Assembly: GCF_009914755.1 (NCBI RefSeq)
Contig: NC_060927.1
Reading direction: 5' to 3' (one strand)
DNA length: 64,000 bases
Origin: the human T2T-CHM13v2.0 reference genome, Homo sapiens
Shown here: positions 1 through 14,045 of the stretch, piece by piece
Layout: each line of letters begins with the position of its first letter
Numbering within the stretch: position 1 is the stretch's first letter
Notes under the pieces: generated by a model
What the model was told of the DNA's origin: nothing
Seen by the model: the letters and a program-made list of their open reading frames with translations, nothing else
Database searches by the model: none
Position numbers and translations under genes: made by a program

Positions 1-439
1 CTGCTATATTTAAAGGTCCTGTCTAGGTCTAAAGTCTGATTCACATCAGCCCAAGGTATACCGATGGCACAGCTTACTCCTTCAACCATGAAACTAGCAA
101 AATAATGTACCTGCAGAATTGCAATTGGAGCAATCTTTACTGATAATGAAGGGATTTCCAGTCTGGGAACAAGTATATGTCCACATACCAATCCAAGGAC
201 TAGCGGGATTTTAACTAGTGGATGATTTACAAGAGACTAGAAATGCCATGAGGTAGCGATAGTATATTAGCCTACAAACTGGATCCAGGCTTCCCATAGG
301 CAAAATACTTTTCTTCTGGGACAGCCGTGGATCTCTGGGTTGATCCCAGTATTAATAAACAATTCCTTTAGCCCTCTTCCATGGAGACTGTCACATCATT
401 GTCATCACGATGACAGTAGAAGCAGCAGCACATGCTTAA

Positions 440-650
440 TTTCTGTTTATTATGTGCCAGGCACGATTGTAGGCATTGCACATGAATTAACCCTATCTTC
501 CACAATTGTCTAAGGTAGGTAATATCATTATTTCAATTTTACAGATAAGGAAACTGAGGCACAAAGATGTTACACAGTAATTAAGGAGTTGGGCCTGTGA
601 ACCCAGTTAGTCTGGTTTCAGCCCCCTGACTCTTAATTACTACCATAGCA
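440..650 (-). mobile_element. MIR
   Basis: tatgtgccaggcac...ttttacagataaggaaactgaggcaca core. Confidence 0.7.
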
Positions 651-2866
651 TGTTGTGCACAAGTAAATTCTATGGAAATACAGGGCTAAGAATGACCAAC
701 TTCTCATACCTGGACAGAGATTCCAGGTATGTATCAGATGCACAAATGCATCAGAGTGAGAAAGTGAGATGTAGTAAAAAGTTCAGTTTAGCCACAAAAT
801 AAGACTTGTGGTAAGGAGATAAAGCAGGATCATTAGGATGAACCGTATACATTTTGTACCTTATATTGCAGGCATTAGGGAATCAAAGGCTATTTTAAAG
901 TAGGGAAATGAGAATTCCAAATGTGTTTATTATTAAAATATCTCTGGTACCATGTGGAAAAAAGACTGGATATCAGGGAAAGTTGAATGATAGGAAAACT
1001 GGTATGGAATCCAATGTATAACAGATGATGAGATTCTGTGGAAACACAGAAAAGAATGATCGATTCAAATGGCATTTCTGAGATGGAAATAACAAGATTT
1101 GATGACAGACTGACTGAATGGCGACAGTGAGGAAAAGGAAAGTCGGAATGCAATTTTGAAGTTTTGAGTTCAGAAGGCTGAGTAGTGACAGTGTTAACTA
1201 CACTAGAGGAAAACGGTGACAGAAAGTTTGGGGTAAGAAGATAATGAGTTCAATTTTAGGCCTGCTAAATTTAAGACACGAAGGAAACATCAGCATCTGT
1301 AGATTTAGAAGAACGATAAAAATAAGGTACTGAAACTCAAGAGAGAATTGTAGGTGGGGAGAAAGAGTAATTTATAAAGCCTCAATAAGCAAAGATAATG
1401 AGAGCCACCAGAGAAAAAACGCCATGGCCAGCATACCAAGGAACTGAAGGCAGAAAGAAGCCATGTTAGGGAAGACTGAGAGCAATGGTTAGCAGGGTAA
1501 AGGGGACATTAGAAGAAAACATAGAAGGCTAAGAAAAGTCCCAAGGATGGTGGTCAGTAGCATTAAATGCTACCGAAAAATAAAATCATAAATAAGAACT
1601 TGCTACATGATCTCCCCTCTGATGCAGAAATAAGATGGTGTAAAGCTATGCTTTTCAATCTATATTACATTCCAGAATCACCAAGGAAGGCTGTTAAAAA
1701 TGTTCACCCCTACCCTCAATGATATGGATACATTACTTCTGGAGTGATTAGTAGGCTGGAATCTACAGTTTATCAACTTCTCCATAATATTTTAAAAGTA
1801 GTCAGTTAGACAACATGATGCCCATGGATACAGATTTCCAAGTTAGCAAGACTTGGGTTTAAATCACAGCTATGCCACTTATAAGTGATGTGAATATAGG
1901 CAATTTAATCTCTCTAGTGCTTGGTTTCCTCATCTGTAAAATCATCATTCTGAGGAGAGAACCAGCTGCCCATACAGGTAACAAGGATGAATCCAAAGGG
2001 TTGCTAGCTATTTGGCTCTTGTTCATACAGGTTTTCATGGAATGGCCTTATTCCTTTCTTTAAAGTGCTGAAGTTCTGCACAGATGCATTTATTCATATT
2101 TTAATAATACAAACATATATCCCAAAGCCAAGTATTAATGTGCTTTGAATCATCTACTGTTTTAGATCTTAAAAGACAGAATTGAAAATGAAAATAATGT
2201 TGTTACAAGACACAGACTGATTGGGTAAATCAGATTACTATGTTAGGAATCCTATATCCACCCTCATGAAAGCCTCACTATTCTACATGTTCACCTTGCA
2301 AAGCCTCTGAATAAGCTCTCAAAGGTTATTTGTAGTTTAACTGACAGTTGATTATATACCACTTAAAATTAACATTTTAGGCACTATCTAAAAGTAGAGT
2401 TCTGCTCTGGCTAGAACACTCCTGGCACCTGATGACCTCCCCAACTCCCATTTCTTCCTAGCCTGCTTGAAAATGTGACCTGAGGTCACGCTGTTGCTGC
2501 TTGCTATCTTTACCAACTGCCTTGGGTAGATTAATGAGGTGAAAACAACAAATTCATTTTCACTGTATAGTTTTGCTTGCTCTTAGTATCTTGACTTTGT
2601 AGTGGAGTTTTCAATAGTACAGAAATGAATGGTGAGTTTGACTAAAACTATCAGAGGACGGTATTAACTCATCGCACAATCTGATTAAAAGCTAAGTAAC
2701 TGCTCCCCAGGAAAACACATACACACACACACAAACACACACCCACCCCACGATACAGCCTCAGAGGGTTCATGGACTCCATAAAAATGTGAAATTACAT
2801 TATTATCATTTATTTCTAACATTCCAGTGTGAAAAATTCACATGCTTATATCTACAGCATAAATAA

Positions 2867-3239
2867 TGGTGATGGGCTGCAAGTTGCCCCCCCCCCCCAC
2901 CTCGCCCAAATTCATATGTTGAAATATTAACTCTTAATGTGGTGGTATTTAGGTGATGGGGCTTTGGGAGGTGATTAGTTCAGGAGGGTTGAGCCCTCAT
3001 GAACAGGATTAATGTTGTTATAAAACAGGCCCCAGAGAGCTGCCTTGTTTCTTCTGCTGTGGAGGATACAGTGAGAAGACAGCCATCTGTGAACCAGGAA
3101 ATAGGGCATCACCAGATATCAAATCTGCCAGTGCCTCGATCTAGGACTTCCCAGCATCCAGACTATGAGAAATAGTTTTTGTTGTTTAAGCCACCCAGTC
3201 TATGGTGGTTTGTTATAGCAGGACAAACAGGCTAAGATA
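2867..3239 (+). mobile_element. MLT1A-like LTR (ERVL-MaLR)
   Basis: aaattcatatgttgaa...gggaggtgattag...taagccacccagtctatgg...gctaaga. Confidence 0.8.
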
Positions 3240-4121
3240 ATAAGGACTGAAGAGTAGCATAATTACAATTAAATAGGTAAGGCATGTAAATTATTTAGAA
3301 GCATATACGATACATAGTATGTGCTTAATAAATATTGACTTCTATTACAATGTTTTATTTTTATTTTATTTATTAATTTATTAAGTAATCCACTCATAGA
3401 AATATTTTTAAAAATCACAATTACACACACAGATGTTACAAAATAATCTGTTTTTCTTTTGATAAACATTGTATTTATTTTTGTCTATATCCACATCTGT
3501 ATATTTATATCTATATCTATATTGATACCTATACATACATTCATACCTATCTACCAACTACCTACAACTTGTTTTTGAACAAAGATAGACTTGCATTATA
3601 TATTATTTTGAAATTTAAAATGAGCATTTTGCATATCAATAGGTATGCATCTCCATGATGGTATTCCATTGTGGACCATGTAATGAAATTTTATTTAACC
3701 AATCACCTTAAGTTGGTAATTTTGACTTTTTCTAATATTTCTGTGTTATAAAAAATCACCAGTCTTTTATATGTATCTTTGTACACCTGTCTGATATTTC
3801 CCTAACATAAACTGAATAAATATAATATCTGCTCAAAGGTAAACAGCAGATATTCTAGGATCAAACATTTCCCAAGTTTTGAACACTGCTCATGATTCGA
3901 AGATACAGGCACAAGTTAGTAGATTCTCCTGAAAATAATTTTCAACACACAAATTATATTTCTTAATGTATATGTTTAGGATTCTACTTTAAAAGTATTT
4001 TTCATCATGTATATTTAATGTTTCATTTTAGTGCCCTCTAAGATACATCAATTTAAAATATTTGTCATTTCAATACCATATAATGGTATTGAAAAATTAG
4101 TAAGCATTAAGAAAAAATTCA

Positions 4122-4310
4122 TCTGGGGACTACTAGAGGCAGGAGAGAGAAAGCAGGGAGGGCTGAAAAACAACCTATTGGGTACTATGTTCACCACCTG
4201 GGTGACAGACATTCACACCCCAAACCTCAGTGTCATGCAATATATCCACATAACAAACTGCCCATGTACCCCGTGCATCTAAAATAAAAGTTGAAATTAT
4301 TTTTAAAAAG
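4122..4310 (+). mobile_element. L1 3' UTR fragment (old L1PA/L1PB)
   Basis: cctattgggtactatgttcaccacctgggtgac...ctaaaataaaagttg. Confidence 0.8.
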
Positions 4311-7051
4311 TAACTAATTTTTAAATGGAGAAATTTAATTACATGAGGTTAATTTCAGTACTTAGAAAAATCTGAGAAAAAGAAAAAAGCACACAAAATA
4401 TTTGGTAATATTTGGTAATGTAACTCAATTTAAGATTTTGTTTATATTTTAACTTTTATTTCATTTATCTTTTTAAAGTATAAATTCACTACTTTAAGAG
4501 CATCTCAAGAAGCATATTCATATAATATGTAATATGAAATTAAATTTCTAAGTTAGAAAATAGAACTTTAATTTAAAAAATTCAAAATACGGTAATGATT
4601 CTATTTTATTAGAAAATCATTTATTAATCTCTATTAGACATTTAGATTTTCTGAAAATGTTCCTTCAGAGAGGCCTCTTTTTAGACTGAAAAATATAGAA
4701 AGTTGCATACAACAAAGAGAGACAGAAAAATTGTATCAGTGATTGTAGACAAAACATTCTACAGGGTGGCTCTGAATGTTTTCTCTGTTGTAAACGAGCT
4801 GACAAGGGGCAAATTAAGTTTAATGTAGACAAACGCAACATTAAATTTCATATTTGGTTCAAAACCATAAACACAAGCATAAAATAAATGGAAGCAAATC
4901 ACAGAAAGACTTTCAAAGTGACCTTGGGATAATAGTGAACCATTCTTAAGGCCTGAGAGAGAAAACTGGAAAATGCCTGTTAGTATCTTCCACTAGCTCA
5001 AAGCTCACAAACCTAATGAAGAAAAATATTATCATTAAAACAAGTTAAGAATGTCCTTCTCAGCTATGGGCTACAAATTACTTAGGATATATGGCAGTAA
5101 TTCAGACAGTACAGTGAAATATGGTGACCCAAATGAGCCTATAAGTAAGGGTGCTGTGTATAAGGGCTACTGTGTATAAAAATGGATCAGAAATCTAAAT
5201 TTATTCAGGTGATGGCAAATAATATAATTGATTTATTTTAGCATAGATGACTTGACAGAATGCAAACAATATGATCTGAATCAGCATTTGAATTTAAGCA
5301 ATATGTATATTCCTAAATTATATATGAATATGATAGGTACACATATGTACATAATACATTTATATGTTCCTCAATGAATGCAACAGGTGTTCACAACTTG
5401 GGGCTCATGCATTTCTAATGATTTTCTAATATTTCATGCAAAATGTTGTATGTATGTTCACATGCATTTTTCAGAGGAGAGAAATGTGTTCTTTGGATTC
5501 TCCAGGCATCCAAAGATTAACTGTATTTGTGAAAGAACCATTCACTATATTAGAATGCCAGCAACTAGAAGAATGGGTCACAAGTAAGGGCTTTTAAGCA
5601 AAATAAAAAAGAAAAGTAGAAAGCTAAGTTAAAGGAAGCATTTTTAAAACCTTTGGCTGGTTTATTCAACAGATAAGAGGCTTAGAAAAGTCACATTTAA
5701 ACTAACTGTAGCGCACAGAGGCAATGACTGTGACAGTTAAGAACAATAGTTCTGAGTCCAAAATACGTATTACAAGTAATCTGGCACTAACCATCAAAGC
5801 ATGATCGTTCTGCTCATTAAATTATGATTATGATCAGTAGTGTAATAGATAGAATGTTCCTCGATTCAAAATGAAGAGAGGATAATCATTTTTTGAGCCA
5901 TCGCTTGGGACCCTTTCTAAGAGAATTCAGAATTCATGGTATGATTCATTGCATTCAATATAGTAACAGAACTGGGTGCTTCTAGAAATGAGAAATCTGA
6001 AAACTTTGGCTAAACCTTAAAACAAAATCACGGAAGCCCGTAACTAACATTGCTATAGTTAATGATTCTAAAAAAGTCTACCAAGTTCCTTCTCTCTAGT
6101 TCCATTTCCTCCTTACACAGCCCCATTCATGTCTGGTTAATTGTGAAAAACCTCTAAGAGCAAAATTCCGATTGGGACTCCTTCTCCTGTAATTAATTTT
6201 TTTGCTGTTTGATGTAAAGGTCCAAACTATAACTTGACAAGAAGCCAGCTGGTACAGTGATGAAATTCAAGGCAATATAACTAATAAAAAAGCCCCAGCT
6301 CTGTTGGCTGAACATTTTGATTAGCAGGTTTGTGTATTTTTTTTCTGTAAACTGTAATGCATACTAATTTTACCTAGGAATTAATTAAAGTATATCAAAA
6401 CCTCCATGCTGTGGATTTTACATAATTTGTTATTGTTCCCCAGTTTACATGTATATAAAAATAATGTATAGTCCTAATGAGAATATAAAAACGTTAGCGC
6501 CTACTCCTCTTTCCTGTACTAAAGACTAACTTTTAAAAGAAAATATCTACATTAAAATGAAATTCTTTGGCTTTTCTCTGGTATTGCAGTGAGTACTTAA
6601 CTCACCAAAGTGTGAGGCACAGCACAAAGCAATTTTTTAAACCAGGGCCTGTGATTTTTCTTTAAAAAAAAAATAAACTTGTAATCACTGCCCCTGCTGC
6701 CTTTGATACTAATCAGTGTGGTTATGGGAAGGGGCCACATCTAATGTTTCTCTGTCATTCTCCACAGCAAGCTCCAGTGCACTGTACCTGAAACAGTCTC
6801 CTTAAATATTTGTTAAGATTTGACGTTTTCCTCTATAATTATTAAATGTCCAACATAATTTCTCTGAAGGTACAGAAGCAAAATATAGTGATCAGATCCA
6901 GAAGATGAGAGAAAGGATGACATGCTAGATGAGGCCAACAAAACAGAACTCAGTGCTCAAGAGAACAGGATTTATCATTACAGTCTATCACAGCCTCCCT
7001 TTTGCCTCCAGACTGTAAATGGTATGTAATTCTTTGTTGATATCAAGCATA

Positions 7052-7083
<32 letters not shown>

Positions 7084-7085
7084 TG
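7052..7085. repeat. (TG)n microsatellite
   Basis: Read directly. Confidence 0.95.
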
Positions 7086-7099
7086 CATGCCAGTTGTAT

Positions 7100-7634
7100 T
7101 CCACCAGTCCACTCTTTTCCATGGTTTCACTTTCCATGGTTTCAGTTACCCATGGTCAACTGTGGCCTGAAAATATTAAATGGAAAATTCCAGATATAAT
7201 TCATAAGTTTTAATGCATGCCCTTCAGTGTAGCATGATGAAATCTTGTGACGTCCTCCTGCATCCCACTCCAGATGTGAATCATCACTTTGCCCAGCATC
7301 TCTGCACTATCCACTACCTGCTCATTAGTCACTTAATGGCCATCTCAGTTACCAAACGGACTGCCATGGTATTGCTGTGCTTGTGTTCAAGTCACCTTTA
7401 TGTTATTTTGAATGGCTCCAAAGCACAAGTAGTGATACTGGCATACTGTTATAATAGTTCTATGTTATTATGCAGTATTGTTGTTAATCTCTTACTCTGC
7501 ATAATTTATAAATTAAACTTTATTATAGTTATATATGTAAAGGAAAAAAAACAGTGTATACATGGTTCAGTACAACATGAAGTTTCAGGCATCCACTGAA
7601 GAACATACCCCAGTGGAAAAGTAGAAACCACTGT
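7100..7634. mobile_element. MER44-like TcMar-Tigger DNA transposon
   Basis: ggtttcagttacccatggtcaactgtggcctgaaaatattaaatggaaaattccag...caggcatccactg...actgta. Confidence 0.75.
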
Positions 7635-7639
7635 ACATG

Positions 7640-7702
7640 CACACACACACACAAACTCACACACACACACACAAACTCACACACACACTAACTCACACAC
7701 AC
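7640..7702. repeat. Interrupted (CA)n repeat with aact spacers
   Basis: Read directly. Confidence 0.9.
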
Positions 7703-7818
7703 TCTCACTTTAAATATACACACCGGTACACACTCATATTATAGGCAACAGTCCTGATGAGAATATTAAAAACAAAAAACAAACACCTAACTCCCATTCC
7801 TCATAACTGTACCAGGTT

Positions 7819-8372
7819 TGTCAGGGGTGTCTGAACCACAGCAACTCCATCTTGAAGAGGGGCTGGGTAAAATAAGGATGAGACCTACTGGGCTGCATTC
7901 CCAGATGCTTAGGCATTCTAAGTCACAGAATGAAATAGGAGGTTGGCACAAGACACAGGCCATAAAGACCTTGCTGATAAAACAGATTGCAGTAAAGAAG
8001 CCAGCTAAAACCCACCAAAACCAACATGGTAATGAGAGTGACCTCTGGTCTTTCTCACTGCTATACTCCCACCAGTGCCACAACAGTTTACAAATGCCAT
8101 GGCAACATCAGGAAGTTACCCTCTATGGTCTAAAAGTGGGAGGCATGAATAATCCACCCCTTGTTTAGCATATAATCAAGAAAATAACCATAAAAATGAA
8201 CAACCAGCAGCCCTTGGGGCTGCTCTGTCTATGGAGTAGCTATTCGTTCATTCCTCTACTTTCTTAATAAACTTGCTTTCACTTTACTCTATGGACTCTC
8301 CCTGAATTCTTTCTTGCCTGAGATCCAAAAACCCTCTCTTAGGGTCTGGATCAGGACCCCTTTCCGGTAACA
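7819..8372 (+). mobile_element. MER41A 5' LTR
   Basis: tgtcaggggtgtctgaaccacagcaactccatcttgaa...ccggtaaca, with AATAAA near 8266. Confidence 0.85.
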
Positions 8373-9062
8373 TCTTTCCAGCCACCATGGAAGGAACAAT
8401 ACTAAGGAAACTCCTGACCCAAAGACTAACTTTGGGTAAGTGCTGGGGTCCAGTAACATCTTTCTGGCAGACCATGGAAGAAATGAAACTAAAGAGACCC
8501 CCAACCCAAAGGAAAATCACCTGCATGTACCAATTGGCGAACTTTCGGCACGTGGGGTGCATATACCCGAGTGAAGAGTGGGATTGCATTAGACGCCCAA
8601 TTTAAGGGAGGCAGAGTCTCTCCTAAGACAGATTTAAAGGCTCCTCTCAGAAAAAGGCAAGGACGCTTGACTGAACTTGGGTTCGAGGCCCAACTTAGGA
8701 ATGTTAGAGTCCTTTATAAGATTTAGGGGGTTAGTGGACCCTCTTAGTAAAGTCCTCGGATAAGAACGGGTTCAGCACTATGGGATGTTAACTGCTATGC
8801 TCTTTGGAGTAATCTGCTTTGCAGTCTTTGCTGACAGTTGCAGGTGACAGAATTACACAAGTAAAGGACCATGGGAAATGGGGAGCTTTTTCCTCCCTCA
8901 AAGGGGAAATTCGATAATTTTCCTCTTTGTTGCAGCTTGGCAGCCAGGGCTTTGGTGCAGCCAGCCGGGTCACTGGGGCCACTCAGGGCAAGGGAACCCA
9001 GAAGCCCGGCATGCCAGCAAAAGGATAAGAATTTCTTACTAGTCAGGCTTCTAGGTTCGTTT

Positions 9063-9064
<2 letters not shown>

Positions 9065-9098
<34 letters not shown>
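9065..9098. repeat. (TC)n microsatellite in the MER41 internal region
   Basis: Read directly. Confidence 0.95.
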
Positions 9099-9104
<6 letters not shown>

Positions 9105-10461
9105 CCTCTGGGCAAACTGGTTGAATGAATGGTAAAAATCACTGTTTATCTCCTCTGTAAAGGTTTGATTAATGGGAAAAAAGGATCTGTGAGGCTAATC
9201 TTAAGCTGTAGCAAATCTGGTGTGCTTTGTGTGCCTTTCTGTATTGTTTGGTCATAAAGAGGGGTATCTTAGGATAGAATGTTGGCCTAGGACACCATAA
9301 GCTTGCTGTTCAAAATGGCCCAGAAAACTGGTCGGTTACAAACTTCGCTGCAGGTCCCTGAAACAAAACTGGATGAAGTTCTCCTCTTCTCTTGTTCTAT
9401 ATCCTTGGGAGATGACCTTTTAACCACATGGCAGTACTTTCTCTTGGTCTCTGCTGTCACAATGGCTGCTCAGGTTCAGGGTTCAATTCCTGGCTTAGGA
9501 AATGAGTCCTTTCTGGTTTGATATCAGTGTGACATTCGCCATTTTTTAATTCTCTTCCCCTCTAGGAACCATCTTTGGAGTAATCTGCCTTGCAACCGGA
9601 ATTTGGCTCAAAACAGGTTTTTCTTAGAGCACTAATCGACACTTTAACAAAAAATTGTAAAGGTTATAAAAATTGTAAGGGTTAAAAAAGGTTTATGAGT
9701 ATCTCACCTTATGGTCAAACATTAAAGTTGGGTAGACATGTCAATGAGTTTTATTAAGAATTGGTTTTAACATTAATAGTACACTAATGTAAAGGTGAAA
9801 TTTGGCTTATTTGGTACAAAAATCATACAGGAAGCACTGTCACATGTGAAATAGTGTTTGGCTTTCTTTGGGCTATATTTGTTTAAATATGTTGTTGGTA
9901 TGTGTTCCAAAATTACGTAAAACTCCTCTAATTCTAATAGGACTTAGTGTATGTTATTATAATTGTTACATAAAATCATATGCCAGAAAGGTAACCAAAT
10001 TTCTTTGTCAATCGTGTTTTTAACTGTGGCTGCCCTAAAAGATTTTGTCATTCACAGAAAATTGTTATGTTGTTTTGATCCTCTTCAAAAGATTGTTTCA
10101 TAATCAGTGACAGGACTTTGATAGTTGCTCTTAAATGCAGGTTTCTGATTACTTTGAATAACTTTGGAATAGAGAAAAAACATTAAGGACTCTCATGGAG
10201 AGCTGAAATGTTTATGACTATCAAGCAGAAGATGAGTTAACTGCATGGACTAAACTAATGTAAGATTAAAGAAACTTTTTTGACATTTTGCTTAAAAATT
10301 GCTGATCATTTGCTTTGTTTTTCAGAGTCAAGGTAACTTCTTTTAACCTACTTGCAGCTTTTGACAATTAAGTAAAGTATACTCCTGTGAACAAAATTTG
10401 AAACATATTTGTTTCTCTCTACCTAATTTCTCCAGAATTTGGAAACTATTTGTGAGTATTC

Positions 10462-10757
10462 TTTTTTTTTTTTTTTTTCAGATGGAGTCTTGCTCTGTCA
10501 CCTAGGCTAGAGTGCAGTGGTGTGATCTCACTTACTGCAACCTCCGCCTCCCTGGTTCAAGCAATTCTCCTGCCTCAGCCTCCTGAGTAGCTGGGATTAC
10601 AGGTGTCCACCACCATGCCGAGCTAATTGTTGTATTTTTAGTAGAGATGGGGTTTCACCTTCTTGGCCAGGCTGGTCTCGAACTCCTGACCTTGTGATTC
10701 ACCCTCCTCAGCCTCCCAAAGTGCTGGGATTACAGGAGTGAGCCACCACCCCCGGCT
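10462..10757 (-). mobile_element. AluS (Sg/Sc-like) inserted in the MER41 internal region
   Basis: Full-length Alu with poly-T; TSD gagtattctt/gggtattctt. Confidence 0.9.
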
Positions 10758-11905
10758 GGGTATTCTTAATTTATGGTAATACAGTTATTTGCATAAGTGC
10801 AATAAGAATATGTTTCCTTTTGTAACAGGACACAATTGGTGAAACTGGTTATCAAGGCATTGACCAGAATGGTGTGCTTTCCTTTAAGGAATTGAGCTTG
10901 ACTTTAAAGCCAATAAAAGCCTCTTGAGAAAACTGGCCTCATACCTTGTCTACACAGTCTCTGTACAGGGTTCTTGACCCACAGTGATAAGCAACGAATG
11001 TCACTTTCTGATAAGCCCAGGAGCCCCAAGCTATCTTGTGACTTCAAGAGTAGAGGAATTTATCCAACTCATAGATGTCTGAGGTTACAAACACATGGCT
11101 GGGCTCAACTTAAAAAATAAAAGTCTTATCTGAGATTCCTTATGCAACAGAATTCCATCAAAGCCAACCAAAAAGTTTATATCAAAAATAATTATTCTTG
11201 CTGTACTTTATACAAATAAACAGGCCAAGTATAATAAAGCAAATCAGTCTTACCATAATTTGTCTCTAGTAAAAATGGGAAACTGGAGAGAGAAATTAAG
11301 TTTCAAGAACTATAGTACACTTGTTATTAATAGATTCTAGTCTCATCGGTTGTTTTTGAGTTTTTTCCTGCAATTTAGGCTGACCCTGCTTACTCCTATA
11401 AACCAACCAGTGATCTCTGGATGCTGCTCAAAAGAAATAAAAAGGATGAGTAATATAAAAATCTGGAGTCAATATTCTAACCCTGGGCACACTGGAACTG
11501 GCTAGCAACCCCATAACAGCTTGGTTCCAACAATTGCCCAGTTCATGGAAAGCCTTCTAATTCAGTTTACTTGAGATAATTTTACTTATTTTACTTTACT
11601 CTTTTGGAATACATCGCTGTTTTACTCCACATGTAGGAATGCAGGATAAGCTTACTCAATGTTCTCTGAAACTGGACAGTTATTAATCTTCCAGATATCA
11701 CCTTTTTTTCAGCACTCAATAGTTACGAATGGCTATCACCATACCAATGCTTTCTGACTGAGCTCCTCTCTACCCTGAATGCAAGAGACCTAACAGTTAG
11801 GTAGGAATATCATTGCCCTTATTCAGCCTGAAGAAGTTACAGAAGATGGATCTTCATCCCTCTATAACCTTTAAGAGTTCTCTTATAAAATGGAGGGAGA
11901 ATATA

Positions 11906-12456
11906 TGTCAGAGGTGTTTGAATCAGAGCAACTCCATTTTGAATAGGGACTAGGTAAAATAAGACTGAGACCTACTGGGCTGCATTCCCAGATGACTAGG
12001 CATTCTAAGTCACAGAATGAGACAGAGGTTGGCACAAGACACAGGTCATGAAGACCTTGCTGATAAAACAGGATGCAGGAAAGAAGCCAGCTAAAACCCA
12101 CCAAAACCAACATGGCAATGAGAGTGACTTCTGGTCATCCTCATTGCTATACGCCCACCATCACCATGACAGTCTACAAATGCCATGGCAACGTCAGGAA
12201 GTTACTCTATGTGGTCTTAAAAGAGGAGGTATGAATAATCCACCCCTTGTTTAGCAAATAATCAAGAAATAACCATAAAAATGAACAACCAGCAGCCCTT
12301 GGGGCTGCTCTGTCTATGGAGTAGCCATTCGTTCATTCCTCTACTTTCTTAATAAACTTGCTTTCACTTTACTCTATGGACTTTCTCTGAATTCTTTCTT
12401 GCCTAGATCCAAGAACCCTCTCTTGGGGTCTGTATAGGGACCCTTTTCTGGTAACA
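11906..12456 (+). mobile_element. MER41A 3' LTR
   Basis: tgtcagaggtgtttgaatcagagcaactcc...ctggtaaca; direct repeat of 7819-8372. Confidence 0.85.
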
Positions 12457-12827
12457 GATTCACTGTTTTAAAACAAAATGCTTTGGTCTCCACGTTCTCT
12501 CATGTCTTTCTCCTGCACACTCCTCCCTTAAAAGATACAAGCCAAAGAATATATTCTAAGCCCCATGTTAAAGTGGTCATATGTTTAACTATAACAGAAG
12601 AATACAACTTTAGAACTACTTAAGTGTATCTGTGCATCAGATAACATGCTTAATTGCTTAATATACATCAGCATCATCCCTGTTCTCATAGAACTCACAA
12701 TTTAATAGGAGAGATTTTACACAACCATAAAAATATCCATTTCCTTAACATGATGGGGGGTGCTGGACAAGAGGGATCAAAAGAAGGCTTAAAGGATCTG
12801 TAAAAGTTAAAGAAAGTAGTAGGAGAG

Positions 12828-13266
12828 TATGAAAGGAAAACAAATCCTGGGGCCCCAGAATCACTAAGCTAAAGGGAAAAGACAAGCTGGGAACCGCTTC
12901 TATTCAAAGTCACCCCTCTGCTCACTGAGGTCAATGCATATCTGATTGCCTCCCTTGGAGAGGCTAAGCAGAAACTCAATGCAACCATTTTCCTCTCATC
13001 TACCTATGACCTGGAAGCCCCCTCCCCACTTCCAGTTGTCCCACCTGTCCTTCAAGTTGTCCTGCTGCTTTGGACTGAACCAATGTTCATCTTACTATGA
13101 CTGATGTCTCATGTCTCCCTAAAATGTATAAAACAAAACTGCTCTGACCAAGCTGGACACATGTCATCAGGACCTCCTGAGGCTGTGTCCGGGCACACAT
13201 CTTCAACCTTGGCAAAATAAACTTTCTAAATGAACTGAGACCTGTCTTAGATATTCAGGGTTCACA
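12828..13266 (+). mobile_element. MER4A-like solo LTR (ERV1)
   Basis: gaaaggaaaacaaatcctggggccccagaatcactaagctaaaggg...gggttcaca resembles the MER4A consensus. Confidence 0.75.
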
Positions 13267-13586
13267 GTGATATGAGACAAATGCTCCTGTTCCATCTAAT
13301 CATGCCATGGTGACAAATATCCATACCCCCAATTCTAGAAGAGCTGAAAGGGGCCAGGAATGTGGTGCTGAATGTTAGAACTAGGGAAGCATGCTGGGTC
13401 CATACCCTCACTCTACCCCTGCTCTCCCAGTCCTCCCCCTGATAAATTATGTGTAACATCTTGAAGTAATAGCTGAATGAGCTATGGGCACTTGGAAAAC
13501 AATTTTCAACTTGAACTTTGGTTGATCTGGCCAAACCCATCAATCCTTTGTGTTATCTACATGATTACAATTGCTTGGGGTGGTTA

Positions 13587-14045
<459 letters not shown>

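Larger units (their letters stand above)
7819..12456 (+). mobile_element. MER41A-type ERV1 provirus with two LTRs and a non-coding internal region, antisense to GBE1
   Basis: TG...CA LTRs at both ends, degenerate PBS after the 5' LTR, polypurine tract before the 3' LTR, near-matching 4-bp TSD GGTT/GATT. No gag/pol ORF. Confidence 0.88.

Noticed and set aside
1-380. Possible GBE1 exon 13 or pseudogene fragment at the window start
   Set aside because: No NEFGHPEWLDFP-encoding sequence was found; it may be an old repeat but I cannot assign it.
7787-12254. Cluster of 60-116 aa ORFs in the MER41 provirus
   Set aside because: They are LTR- and microsatellite-derived frames with no gag, pol or env motifs.
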